Below, piece by piece: positions 21,926 to 32,814 of a stretch of 64,000 bases of DNA (within the stretch, counting starts at the first letter, position 1; the number at the start of each line of letters is the position of its first letter). This DNA is from Salisapilia sapeloensis CBS 127946 (taxonomy: Eukaryota; Protista; Oomycota). The stretch lies in contig JAADVB010000047.1 in NCBI GenBank assembly GCA_023334545.1, forward strand, positions 1-64,000, in the 5' to 3' direction. The position numbers were made by a program, and so were the translations under genes. The notes below the pieces were generated by a model. It was not told the origin of the DNA. It did not search any database and saw only the letters and a list, made by a program, of their open reading frames with translations.

Positions 21926-23447
21926 ATGCACAGGATGAACTGGTCGGCGCTACTATTGCTGTCTACTACGAGTCTATGTGTTCACGCACTTGTAGTTGAA
22001 CGGTATATATCTATAGATCCAGTCCTGTGTATCTAGATACTTAAGTACTTGTTCGTATGCTTCTTCTTGAAAGGCCCTGCTGCACCTCTCTCACGCACGT
22101 GTATGTCGTTCATCATCTACTTTAATACGTCTACTTTGTCATGTTCATCTCTACTATCAGCTCAGCTGAATTTACGGACTTGGAAGAGCTCGAGCAAAGT
22201 GATGTCGTACAAAAGGAGCTCGTACCAGGTACTAGCAGCATGCATACCTTAGCATACAAGACCTCACGGTACATGTGCAGTGGAACCTTTCCAAGCATGC
22301 ACCAAGATCACGAATGCAGCACAAGTGCAAGGCAAAGTGGCATTCATCCAACGCGGCCAGTGCAATTTCGCTGACAAAGTTCTGTACGCCCAAGAAGCTG
22401 GTGCTGTCGCTGCTGTCGTCATGGACGATGCTTTACGAGACGAGTACGTCTTTCTACCGTGTCTAGCGATCGATCTAGAGCCTAAATAGTCGTATACATT
22501 AGATCCCCGCATCATATTATCATGCAAAAGGATCGAGACCCTCTCGAGGTCGACATCCCCGCCGTCTTCGTCGCTTATAGTGAAGGCGAGAAGCTCATGC
22601 TGAGTATCCACAAGGCTCTGCCATGGAATCCCGTGCTCGTCACTGTCGATGAAGAAGGAGAGCGTACGCATAAGCAGTTTATACATGCCTCTATCATCGA
22701 TTAACTATAGTGCTAGTCCCTCCGAACCAGTCGACGAACGTCATGCTCCGTCGCGCTCTCGTCTACGTCTTTGTCGTCTCCGTCGTATGCGTCTTCTCCA
22801 GGTACTCGTACTTTACAACCAGCAATCGTAGCTCCACTCACCTCTCTACCAGTGGCTTAAGCCTAATCTCATCCGCTCTCTTTGCCTGGATGGCAAGGAC
22901 AGGACGTGCCAAGGCAGCGAAACGTCTGCCAGTCATGACGTACGCGGAACACTTCCATCCAGTCGCAACGAATATATCTTCCGATGGAGACGAAACGATA
23001 GGACACAATAAAAAAGCAAAGCAAGAGAGTTGCGTCATTTGCTTGGACGATTACGAAGACTCAGACACGGTCAAAGTACTTCCGTGCAACCACTGCTTCC
23101 ACGTCAATTGCATCAACCCGTGGCTGGAAGGACGTAGTAGTCGCTGTCCGCTCTGCAAATGCGATGCCATCGCTAGTGGTACACTCGATTCTTCTCTCAC
23201 CCTGATAACATGCTGATGGATGAGTAGTGTCTGCGGCTCCCAAGTGCTTCTTCGGCTTCACCGTCCCTCGTATCGACCAGATCGTCGAGCAAGAACATGT
23301 ATGCTATCTAGCCTACATCTATCTTTCTGCTCCTACTAACTCTACAAGCAGTACTTTCACGCCTTCTTCCTCATGCTGCCAGCGAGTGTCATTAGCTGCT
23401 TGATCCTGAACACAGTCATGTCGATCGTCCGTAGTACATGGGGCTAA
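21926..23447 (+). CDS. PA-domain / transmembrane / RING-H2 E3 ligase (RMR/RNF13-like), multi-exon
   Basis: Signal-peptide-like start MHRMNWSALLLLS; PA domain (KVAFIQRGQCNFADKVLYAQEAGAVAAVVMD...DIPAVFV); TM segment; RING CVICLDDY...LPCNHCFHVNCINPWL...CPLCK. Several short GT-AG introns; exact boundaries of the small exons are uncertain. Confidence 0.8.
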
Positions 23448-23598
23448 CCTCATCTTCCGAACGACGTCTATGCATCCAGCTACTTGTCTATTTACCTTTT
23501 AAGAAAGAGAAAAACAACTTTACATTTCTCCATTGTCCTCTTGTTCTGTTTGACTAGTCCACCACACATGTGGACACTTGGTCTTGTCCATCTCTACT

Positions 23599-25044
23599 TT
23601 ATTCGAAGGACTGTCGCTGATCCGAGTCATACGATGGAGATCTCGATCGGAACGTACTTGCTGCGTTCTGGGGAGAAAACAATTGTGCGGATGCATCGAG
23701 CATCTCTTGCTCATCCGCTGCTTGCTCTGCTTCTCGTTTGAAGTAGGCGAAAAGCGCGATGCCGATGAGAGATAGAGGTACGCACACGTCCGTCACGAGC
23801 CACATCGTCCGAGCTCCGTAGTTTTCATAGAGAAGACCACCGAGGAAGCTACCAATAGCTTTCCCGAGACCGTTCTGGACGGCATTCAAAAGACCCATGA
23901 CCGTCGCCTCAGCTCCCTTTGGTGCTCGAGTATACACGTACTGCGTGATGGCTGCCCACGACATGCCAAACGAGATACCATGGAGGAATTCGAAAGGAAT
24001 GGCTGACCAAGCGGATGTCATGACGGCGTAGTACGTGATGCGAGTAGCAAATGCCGCAGCGGAAAGTAATAAGACATTCACCGTTCCGATTTTGCTAATG
24101 ATCTTTTGCGAGAAGAAGAACGCTGGTAACTCACTCGTTGTCTCTGCAAGAATCGCAATTCCGACGATCTGAGGGTCCTCTCCAGACAGAATGTACAGAT
24201 TGAGAGTGAGGAAACTTGACAAGACACCACACATGATGCTTAGACAAAGGACTACACCGAAGAGGACAAGTACATCCGTTTGCTTGACAAGTATCTGCAA
24301 GCCTTCCAGAAGTGTTGGTGGCTTCGTTTCCGGTTCCGAGTTCAGCAATCCAGTCTCTTCATCCGTACGATTCGTCTCGCTATGCTTCTTGGGCGCTGGG
24401 ATCCACTGGAGGATGACGACACCCAGGACACCCAATATGAGCTGCATGTGGAAGGACCAGGAGAGACCACCGACACTAACGAGGAGACCAGTGAGGTAGG
24501 CGAAACAACCAAAGCCGACAGCTCCAAACATCCGCTGTTTACCATACTCGCCACCGACTTTATCAAGCAAATTTAGCACAGATGTGTCCAAGAGCGCTTG
24601 AGCAGGAGCACGGAAAAAGTATCCCACGAAGATGAGGACAGCCATTAGCGTGAAAGACGTTGTGAATTGCATCGTCCAGAGGACCGCCATGGCCGTCAGC
24701 GTCGTGGTCACGTGGATCAAGCGCTGGTTGTCAATGGCGTCGGCGACAGCGCCCCACAAGGGAGGGGATACCATGGAGCAGACGCTGCCCACAGTCTGCA
24801 GGAAAGCCATCTGCACCTTGGTCAGACCCGCAGTCTCCCAGAAGACCGGGAGGTAATTGACAAGCGAACTCGCTCCGCCAGAGCTCAGCGCATAGCATGC
24901 CTTTGCTTCCCACAACGTACCCTTAAGCATATTCATTAAGCCTTTGGTTGTGCCGCTTGATGTGCAAATGACGTCACAAGCATCAAGCAGCTGGTGCCAC
25001 GCATGATAAGGTGACATTGGAAAGCTGAGCTTCAAGGATAGCAT
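23599..25044 (-). CDS. MFS transporter, MFSD6/MFS_1-like
   Basis: 481 aa with about 12 TM segments; YLPVFW, PLWGAVAD, YGKQRMFGAVG, SELPAFFFS, EFLHGISFG. The start could be a downstream Met. Confidence 0.85.
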   Translation of the reverse strand: MLSLKLSFPMSPYHAWHQLLDACDVICTSSGTTKGLMNMLKGTLWEAKACYALSSGGASSLVNYLPVFWETAGLTKVQMAFLQTVGSVCSMVSPPLWGAVADAIDNQRLIHVTTTLTAMAVLWTMQFTTSFTLMAVLIFVGYFFRAPAQALLDTSVLNLLDKVGGEYGKQRMFGAVGFGCFAYLTGLLVSVGGLSWSFHMQLILGVLGVVILQWIPAPKKHSETNRTDEETGLLNSEPETKPPTLLEGLQILVKQTDVLVLFGVVLCLSIMCGVLSSFLTLNLYILSGEDPQIVGIAILAETTSELPAFFFSQKIISKIGTVNVLLLSAAAFATRITYYAVMTSAWSAIPFEFLHGISFGMSWAAITQYVYTRAPKGAEATVMGLLNAVQNGLGKAIGSFLGGLLYENYGARTMWLVTDVCVPLSLIGIALFAYFKREAEQAADEQEMLDASAQLFSPQNAASTFRSRSPSYDSDQRQSFE

Positions 25045-25624
25045 GGATGGAAGTCATGATACACATGTGGAAATTGATATCTAACAGAAAGATAAAGCTG
25101 AGCTTCAGGAATTAGTTCATTTGTCAGATTAGACATGTGTATTGCTTCCAAAGATGTCGTGGGCAAAAGGAACGAGGGATTTGTATTGGAAATAAAGTTT
25201 ACAGAGTTCTTTCGGCTACCATCCTGTCGAAGTTTATGCTGGGTTTCCATTTTGCATGGAGTACTAGAGTTTGCTTATATGTTGGGAGAATTGACCGCTA
25301 TCAAGCAATTGAGTCTCATTAGAGTGCTTATCTACATACCTACTGATCTTTTGATACGCTCGCTTTAAAGGTATAAAGCTATGGAGTCTGAGGTTATCTA
25401 TCACAAGACTATGGCTTGTAGAAGAATACTCAAGTGCTAGTGCTAGCGAGCATGACCACTCGTATATTAATGAGAGGAAGTTGAGACTCTAACGCAGCTT
25501 CCAGTAGATCATGCTGATACTGAATGCCTGGTCGTCCGTTGAAGCGATACCTTTTGCTTGAGTAATACTTACATCGAACCAGAATATAAATGGATTGCCT
25601 ATTTTATGGAAGGTACTTCCATTT

Positions 25625-26378
25625 TATAGGCCTTGTTCATTGAGCGGATATTTGGGTATTGAGCAAGGCATAGCAGGCACTATGAAAACGATCACGCAAA
25701 CACTGTAATAGAGATCAATGTCCAAGTCTTCAGCTATTCGTTCTATTCGTGGATGGCTACCCATCTTTCCATTCCTATCCACGTGCATCGTCCGTTTCTC
25801 TGGCATGTCTTGGCGGGGAATAGTGTCGAGCATATCGTGGTTGATCGCCGGAAGTCATTCGGGTTGAACTTGAATTCGATTTACTTGCAACTGTGAGCTC
25901 TTCGCCAATTCAGTGGGACGGATACAGTGCGAGTCGAAAATAACACCCAATTATTTCATCGACCACTGTACTATGCCTGTTCCGAAATAATAGCGAATAT
26001 CTCAATAGCGCAAGTAGAGCGAAGAGCTCACCGAGTCTTTTGCGCGCTTTTTCAAATTTGTACATTTCGAGCACCAGGCGTGGCATGAAGGCTTCTCGAA
26101 GATGGTTTCCTCACGATTGCATCAAAGACCAAGACAGACATAGACCAAGAATATAGAGTGGTGTCTCCACTGGCAGTACATAACACTCGCTTATGCATTC
26201 GATATGATGGGAGAAAATTATATTGAAGTCATACGCTAGGTTTCTATAACATGTAGCTACTCTGTATGGCAATTTTCAATGAGTGCAGAGCTACCCGATT
26301 CAATTATCACAAATAGAAGAACAAAATGCAAATCCTGAATTTCTCTGAAACGTTATTCAGCGCGAATATCGCCGTATT
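25625..26378 (+). repeat. Dispersed decayed coding-like repeat, copy 3
   Basis: Direct alignment by eye with 9446..10198 and 216..925. Confidence 0.9.
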
Positions 26379-26508
26379 GTTCATGGATACATGTACACAT
26401 CGCTAGCGAATATGCTTTTATAAACGAAAGCAGGTACACAGCAATGATAGAAATACATCCAAACAAATCTCTCTCCACGATGATGTTGTAATTCATCCAA
26501 AGACGTTG

Positions 26509-27453
26509 TTAAATTTCGTCCACTTTGCCATCGTATCCGGCAAACATGTCTTTCTTCTCATCTGCGTGAGCTCGCGCCTTGTCCGATTTCTCACCTTGAT
26601 GCGGTTGATAATTATAATGAGGAGGCGCTTGCGGACGACGAGCGGGACGTTCGTTCGGCTGGTCGAAAAAGCTTGGAGGCTGCTTATCCATGCGACCCAA
26701 TTCCTTCTCCAGTCCTTCAAAGAAACTACTATCGTCGCCACCAAACATGCCTTCACCAAAGAGCTCTATACAGACGATTAAGATTAAAGGTGGGGGTTGA
26801 AGAGACTATTTAAACCTACTTTCGAAAGGGCGCAGCATCTCCTGACGGAAGAACTCAAACGGATTCATCTGAGCCTCTACTTCGTCCTCTCTATCATATA
26901 TCCAAGTAGCTTTAAAGTCAGAAAAAAGGACGATAGAAGGTTGTCCACTAGATCTTACCCTTGCTGGTTCGAACGGAAGAACGAGTTCATGCCAAAGCCG
27001 TCCCTAGTTCGATGACATTTCCCGTTAGAAATTGATAATGAGTTTTTGAATATTCATAAAGATGAGCTTACCATTGTCCACCATCCATCTTCTCTCTGTT
27101 AAAGAAATCACCTTCTTCAAAAGCACCTCCGTGCTCATCTTCTGTGACTTCCTTCTGATTAGAAATCACTTCCTAACGATAATATTATGATCAGCAGCCT
27201 ATCACACTAGCTGGATGTATACAACTACCTTGCGTTTGCCTGGACATTGCCGAAAGATCTTACGAATCACTTCGCACTTGCTATCGCCATTCACAGACTT
27301 GCACGATTGCGACAGAGAAGTCGAATAGAAGCATTCTACGTATAAAACATGAATTTGCTGGTACCAGCGTATTGCAAGGTACATCTATAAACCTGGATTC
27401 GCTTCGCGATCCTGCTCCATCAATGCACGCTCTTCTTCGCTCAAAGAAGCCAT
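26509..27453 (-). CDS. Hypothetical ~215 aa protein with a twin CX9C motif, 6 exons
   Basis: Five GT-AG introns join with consistent phases to give MASLSEEERALMEQDREANPECFYSTSLSQSCKSVNGDSKCEVIRKIFRQCPGKRKEVISNQKEVTEDE...GKVDEI. The ORF track shows only fragments. Confidence 0.75.
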
Positions 27454-27588
27454 CGTAGGACGCCAAAAACTCGTTCGTGTCGATGTTATTCGATATTGTG
27501 TCATTGTACCTAGCTTGTACCGTTTGATCAGTAGATCTTGCACAGTCGCAAGGTTTCCACTTCAAGAACCTAAGAGCTACGTCATTGT

Positions 27589-29677
27589 CTACTGCACATT
27601 ACATGCACCTTTCTTGCCTTTATCTTTTGTCTTTTTGGTTTCTTCTTTCGTAGTAGCTTCTCGAGAAGGTGTACTAGTAACCTCATATTGTGGACTCATG
27701 CCGTCTTGGACCACGGTCTCTGGTGCCACTCGTGGGGATTTGCTTCGATCAGATACATTGCATTGATCCCTAGAATGAACACCGTCGATAGTAGATTTGG
27801 ATGATTGCTTGCATGCCTTCTGTTTGAGCTCCTCATCATATCGATTTAATACTACTCCACGAAATTGGGCGAATGGAGCGTCCATCTGTCCATCCGTTGC
27901 CATGCTGATTGCATCGCTTGCTTTCCCATTTCGAGACTCCAATTTAAAAGTATAAGGCTGCGTGTTGGCTTTGATTTTATCAAAGAGAGACTTATCGGAC
28001 TCATCCCTAGCCTCTAGCATTCCCTTAAACTCGATAGAACCCCTTTGGACATGTTGTTCCGCAGACTCCACAATATCGAGCGTAAAGTCATAGCGATAGA
28101 GACCTTTCGGTTCCGCTTGTTGTTCAAAGTAGAAACGAAAAGATGCCAATGCTTTCTCTCGTTCGTCCGTTTGAAGTGGCTTTGAACGAAATAGTGGCAC
28201 GTGGTCATCGACTCCTACCGATAGCTCTGATTCTTTGAGGTTACCATAAGCAAAATAATAAAATGATAAACTTACTTTTGAAGCGTGGTGAATCGATGTT
28301 CCTTCTCAAATACTCATCCTCTGGCTCTGTGCAGGCCATACACAGCTCTCTGCAGGCTGTGCATAAATGTATTTTTGATAAATCTTCACACAATCTTCGT
28401 GCATGTCCTAAAGTATCATCAAGGATGCCAAACTCTTCCTTGTGTTTCATCATCCATCTGAATAGTTCTAATCGATTTAACCGTCGTTTGTGATGACGCT
28501 GATCCATATCTAAACAGCTTTGTTGCCATGTACATGAAGTACTGAGCGGGAAGATCACTCGAAGAAAGCATGCACGAGTGCAGTCTTGAAGTAGCAAATG
28601 GCGTACCCATCGAAGAAAAGAGCGATGAGTTGCAATGCTTTTGGGGCGACAAAGTTTATGGACTTCAAGCTTTTCAAAATGCGTCGTAGTGAAGCAATAA
28701 TCTTGGCTGATTGCAAGCTCGAATATAGTACGCATAAAGCTTGCCATGATGGATAGAGGAAGAGTATGAACTACATAAAGGGATCGAGAGACAGGTTTAA
28801 CTTCTTCATCAGTTAAATCTTCATCCTCAAGATGGTGCAAGCACTGTGTGAGGCTGGTTGCTAGATGTACTGCTGCCCGAAACACATCCCCATCATCATT
28901 CTCCAATGCGATCGACAAAAGCGCAACCAAACCTTCAACAGTAACTTCTTCCCCTGCGGTGTCTAAAAGTACTGGAAACAACCTTTCAGCAGTTTCGAGG
29001 CAATAGATAATAGACTCTGCGTCTTGTGTCTGCATGCATTGCGCAAAAAATGCTCCGAAAGTATACGCTATGATCTTCCAGTCGGATGTTTCCCGAGGTG
29101 AAAGTGGTTGTACGCCTACTGGCTGTGGTGCCAGATCGTGGATTTGAGACACAATGCTTTGCTCTCTGTTACGTTGCTCCAAGAGTCTTCGAAGTATGCT
29201 TTCAGTTGGTAGTGATAATAATAGCTGGCTATCGTCTTTTGATTCTATTGTGTTTTCAGCATCAAGTAGAGAGTTGTCAGGCTGCTCGTCATTTCCAGGT
29301 GCAGTTCTTGGCTTCTCGATCAGGTCACTTGATGAGCTTGCATTCTTGTTGCCCTCTTCTTGGGGTACAGTAGTTTCTTTAATTGGAGATACTACTACAT
29401 CTACATCTTCTTTTTCTTTCTGCTCATTGTCGATATAATTTTTTTCTACGTCGTCCTGCTCGTTGCTGATGGATATTGTTTCCACGTCCTCCTGTTCGTT
29501 GTCGATATAAATGGTTTCTACATCTTCCACTAGTTCCACTTGATCAAGCACTTCATCTGTAATGGGTAGTGACAATGCTTCTGCTATCAATCGAGTGGAT
29601 AGACCCGCATCACATAGTGCCTTCTTGATATCATCCACATCAACTCTATTCAGTCTATCTGTATTTCCTGCTGCCAC
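27589..29677 (-). CDS. Hypothetical 679 aa protein ending in a CaaX box (CNVQ), 2 exons
   Basis: ORF 28241..29677 splices at GTAAGT (intron 28227..28275, 49 nt, ends CAG) in frame into ORF 27589..28200; total 2040 nt. Ends KGKKGACNVQ*. Confidence 0.75.
29421..29528 (-). repeat. Three imperfect 36 bp coding tandem repeats
   Basis: Units 29421-29456, 29457-29492 and 29493-29528 encode EDVETIYIDNEQ / EDVETISISNEQ / DDVEKNYIDNEQ. Confidence 0.8.
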
Positions 29678-30048
29678 TTCCGACCGAGGTGTGTTAAAGT
29701 CATATATGGATATCAGATCTGTACTAAACCGCTCGCTACTTGGTCGGCCAAGTACTTGAATTCGCTTTAGTAATACCTAAATGGCCATCCTTTAGTACGA
29801 TTCTTGCAGCTATCCAATTTATACAAGCACCTGTCGAGGAACATTGTCAATCATAGACATATACACAACTAATTTTATGAATTTGCATCCATGCTCATTC
29901 ATCTCAATACACCTTTCGTCCGACGAAGGTGTCATTGTTTGGTTACTCTTCCACATTGCAACCTCCCTACGTACATCCATCGTCATGCACTATTCTTTAC
30001 ATCCTGGAAACTAGCCATTGCAGGTAGATACGAACTACCTCAGCTTAC

Positions 30049-30526
30049 CTACACGCACAGAAGGATGCTCCAAGAAACTGCGAGATACTGTCCAGTCGTC
30101 GGGTGTGAACACTCAACTCGCTCGATAGAACAAACAGCGCTTGGACTGCACGTTTCTGTCTTTATTAATCGATTCCCTAGACTATCAAACAAGTTGATAG
30201 TACCTTGAGAAGGTCGTCGACTACCATCCGCGACTAGCCGTAAGCATCGAACTTGATACAGCTCGGGTGTAAGTACTTCGATTCCGACTTCTTGCGGATA
30301 AGACTTGGTCCTACCTCCACGATTACCACATAAGAAGGAGTCAAGATACCCAGAGTACAAACCGATCGGAAGCCCAAGTAACACTAAAGTCATCTTCATC
30401 CTCCACATTTGTCGACAGCAAATGACAAGACACATCTTTCCATTGACTTCCTCTTCCAAACTCCAATCCATTGACATCAATTAAACGAATCGGAAGCGAC
30501 TGCAAGTCGTCTTGCTCCTCCATCAT
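30049..30526 (-). CDS. Small hypothetical protein, about 3 exons
   Basis: MMEEQDDLQSLPIRLIDVNG...TWASDR|TKSYPQEVGIEVLTPELYQVRCLRL...SQ|ETCSPS...LCV*, with two GT-AG introns in consistent phase. Confidence 0.5.
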
Positions 30527-30623
30527 GACGATAACAAATACTCAGTTTGAAACGGATACAGGTATCTCCATTCTGTCGTTTTGTATTTTTCTCATGCTCA
30601 TTGCTACGCTAGCTACAACCTTC

Positions 30624-31863
30624 CTAGACCTCTGAGGCATTCGTCAGCGTGCTCATGTAAATGTACGCGTCAACACCGTGCCCGAGCATCGGCATCAACA
30701 TCAAATCGCCACCAAAGTACTGTGCATACAATTGAGCGATGCGAAGACCGAAGGAATCGAGGAAGTTAATGCCACTCGCGCGTCGTTCAAGAGCGGCAGC
30801 CACCGGGTCGTAAGACGATTTGCTGCCAGGTGCAGAAGACGTCTGTCTGTAGGAAAAGAGCGTATTGGCTTGTTCACGAGTCATGCCGCCGCCGAGGTCA
30901 GAGACACGGATGCAGAATCCTTTCTCTCCTCCTGTCGCCAGGATGGACACTGGCGATAAGGATGATCCGTCATGGATACTGTTCAACACAGCGTTTTTCA
31001 GCACTTCCGACAGGACCAGCTCCATGTGCTTCGGGATGCAGCGATAGGTCGCTCCCGGCTCACCAGTCACTTGGATCTCCGGAAGCGTTCGACCGCTCAA
31101 ACTAGGTTGCCACAGAGGTGTGACGGTATCCACGACCTGCTGCACGAGCTGCACCGGAGAGCATTCATCGCAGACGACACCAGAGTACCCTGGCTGTGGA
31201 TTCTGAGCAGCCACATGCTGATCCACGAGCGTCCGGACGCCGATGCGAGAGCTGTAGAAGCTATCGAGGCTTTCGCTGAGCCCTTCTGGTTCATAGTCCA
31301 GCGATTGCACGGCCTCCGAGACGTTCGAGTGCATGGTCGCGTGCTCATCACGAATCCGACGATGCATCTTCATGAACTCACGCTCGCCTTCCAAGTTCTG
31401 AGGAATCGGGAAGCTACCAGCCCAGGATAGAATGAATAAATGCTTCATAATAGAGCTATTTACTACCGTCGTACCTGATCATTTCGTCAAAGCTCTCGAT
31501 GAGTTTCTCACGTAGAGAAACGATAGGAGTCATGGATGGTAGATCATCCGGAAGATTTTCCAAGTCGACGATTCGTCTCGCGAGACGGATCGGTACTTGC
31601 TTGTGTAAGTTCTGAGCAGACATGACGATCTGAGGAGCATTCATCTCCTTCCACTACAATGAACAAGCAACTAGATGAGTACCCTCGAAGGCTACAAAGG
31701 CATTGAAAACGTCTACTTTCTGGAGCTCCTCTGGATGGTCACGAAGATTCTGAGCCACCGCCTTGGACACTCGAGGACCACTTTGCACGAGCTCACGCAG
31801 CGTGATCGGTCGGACCGGGATATGGTGCAGGCGATATACTTCGGCGAGAACCTTGCTAGTCAT
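30624..31863 (-). CDS. Pyruvate/branched-chain ketoacid dehydrogenase kinase-like protein, 3 exons
   Basis: Join 31717..31863, 31475..31653, 30624..31413 (1116 nt). Motifs VPIRLARRIVDLENLP, YSSRIGVRTLVDQH, SEVLKNA, IRVSDLGGG, LYAQYFGGDL, GHGVDAYIY. Confidence 0.88.
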
Positions 31864-32199
31864 TTCGTTCTATGCAATGAGGTATGGTCGGTGCCTTCCG
31901 GTATTGCGCAAATATAGTGCTGTGAAGAGTTGTACGCCGATCACGCAACATGATGTGCTTCAAGGTAGACATGGAGCTTTATTCATGTACTTAGAGCTAC
32001 TATCCTACCATATATGTCTACAAAGTAGTCTTGGAGTCTTGGATCATTAGATAGATGATCGCTTTGCCATTCTCGAGCGCTAGTACATAATTAGCCAGGA
32101 ATACTAGTCGAGTAGATTATTATCTAAAGTACCTTGGTTGTCGGTCGTGTCAACACGCGTTCCTCCATTTCCTTCATAGTAGCTACGGGAGCATTCGGG

Positions 32200-32681
32200 T
32201 CTTCATCAAGCCAAAACTTTTCCTACTTATGGCATAAGAAAGTGGATGACAAAGTAGATTCCTAGTAAAGTACTTGATCGATAGCTGTACTACGTCGCAA
32301 GTCCTGGTTACTCGGTACGACGAACTTGGCGACAAAGTCTATTCCTTCATTCGCCCATGATGTTGGTGGCGAAGCAAGTCGGAAATCATGTGAACTCGGT
32401 GGTCGGTACGCCGTTCGAATCGCATCATTCGTCCTCGCAGCACTCGTCTTGAGTTCATACGTTCCATCGACACGAACGGCAGTCTGAAAGGACTTGGCTT
32501 GCATCGTCGGTGGTCGATACGAGTACTTTGGTGCTCGACTAATCGGCCTTCCAACCGTCTCAAAGTGTTCTCGTGGGAACGTTCGGTCATACCGATGCAA
32601 ACAGTCTTGCAGTTGAAAAGAGCAAGTAGCATTCGTGAGCTCTCGTCGGATGTACTCAACTTCCGGTACATTCGTACTCAT
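32200..32681 (-). CDS. Hypothetical protein (3' end uncertain, at least one intron)
   Basis: Open frame of about 136 codons (KYSYRPP...AYRPPSSHDFR) ending at a GT donor (GATCAA|GTACTT). Downstream exon usage is ambiguous. Confidence 0.5.
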
Positions 32682-32814
32682 ATCGGTCCAAAGCTAAAAT
32701 GAAAGACGTAAAGACCATCGGATAAGACTCGAAGAGATATAATATCATTTCTTCTTCCTACCTCTACCTACTTGGGCAAGTAAGAAAACATGAAACGGAC
32801 AGCATCTGCGTCCA

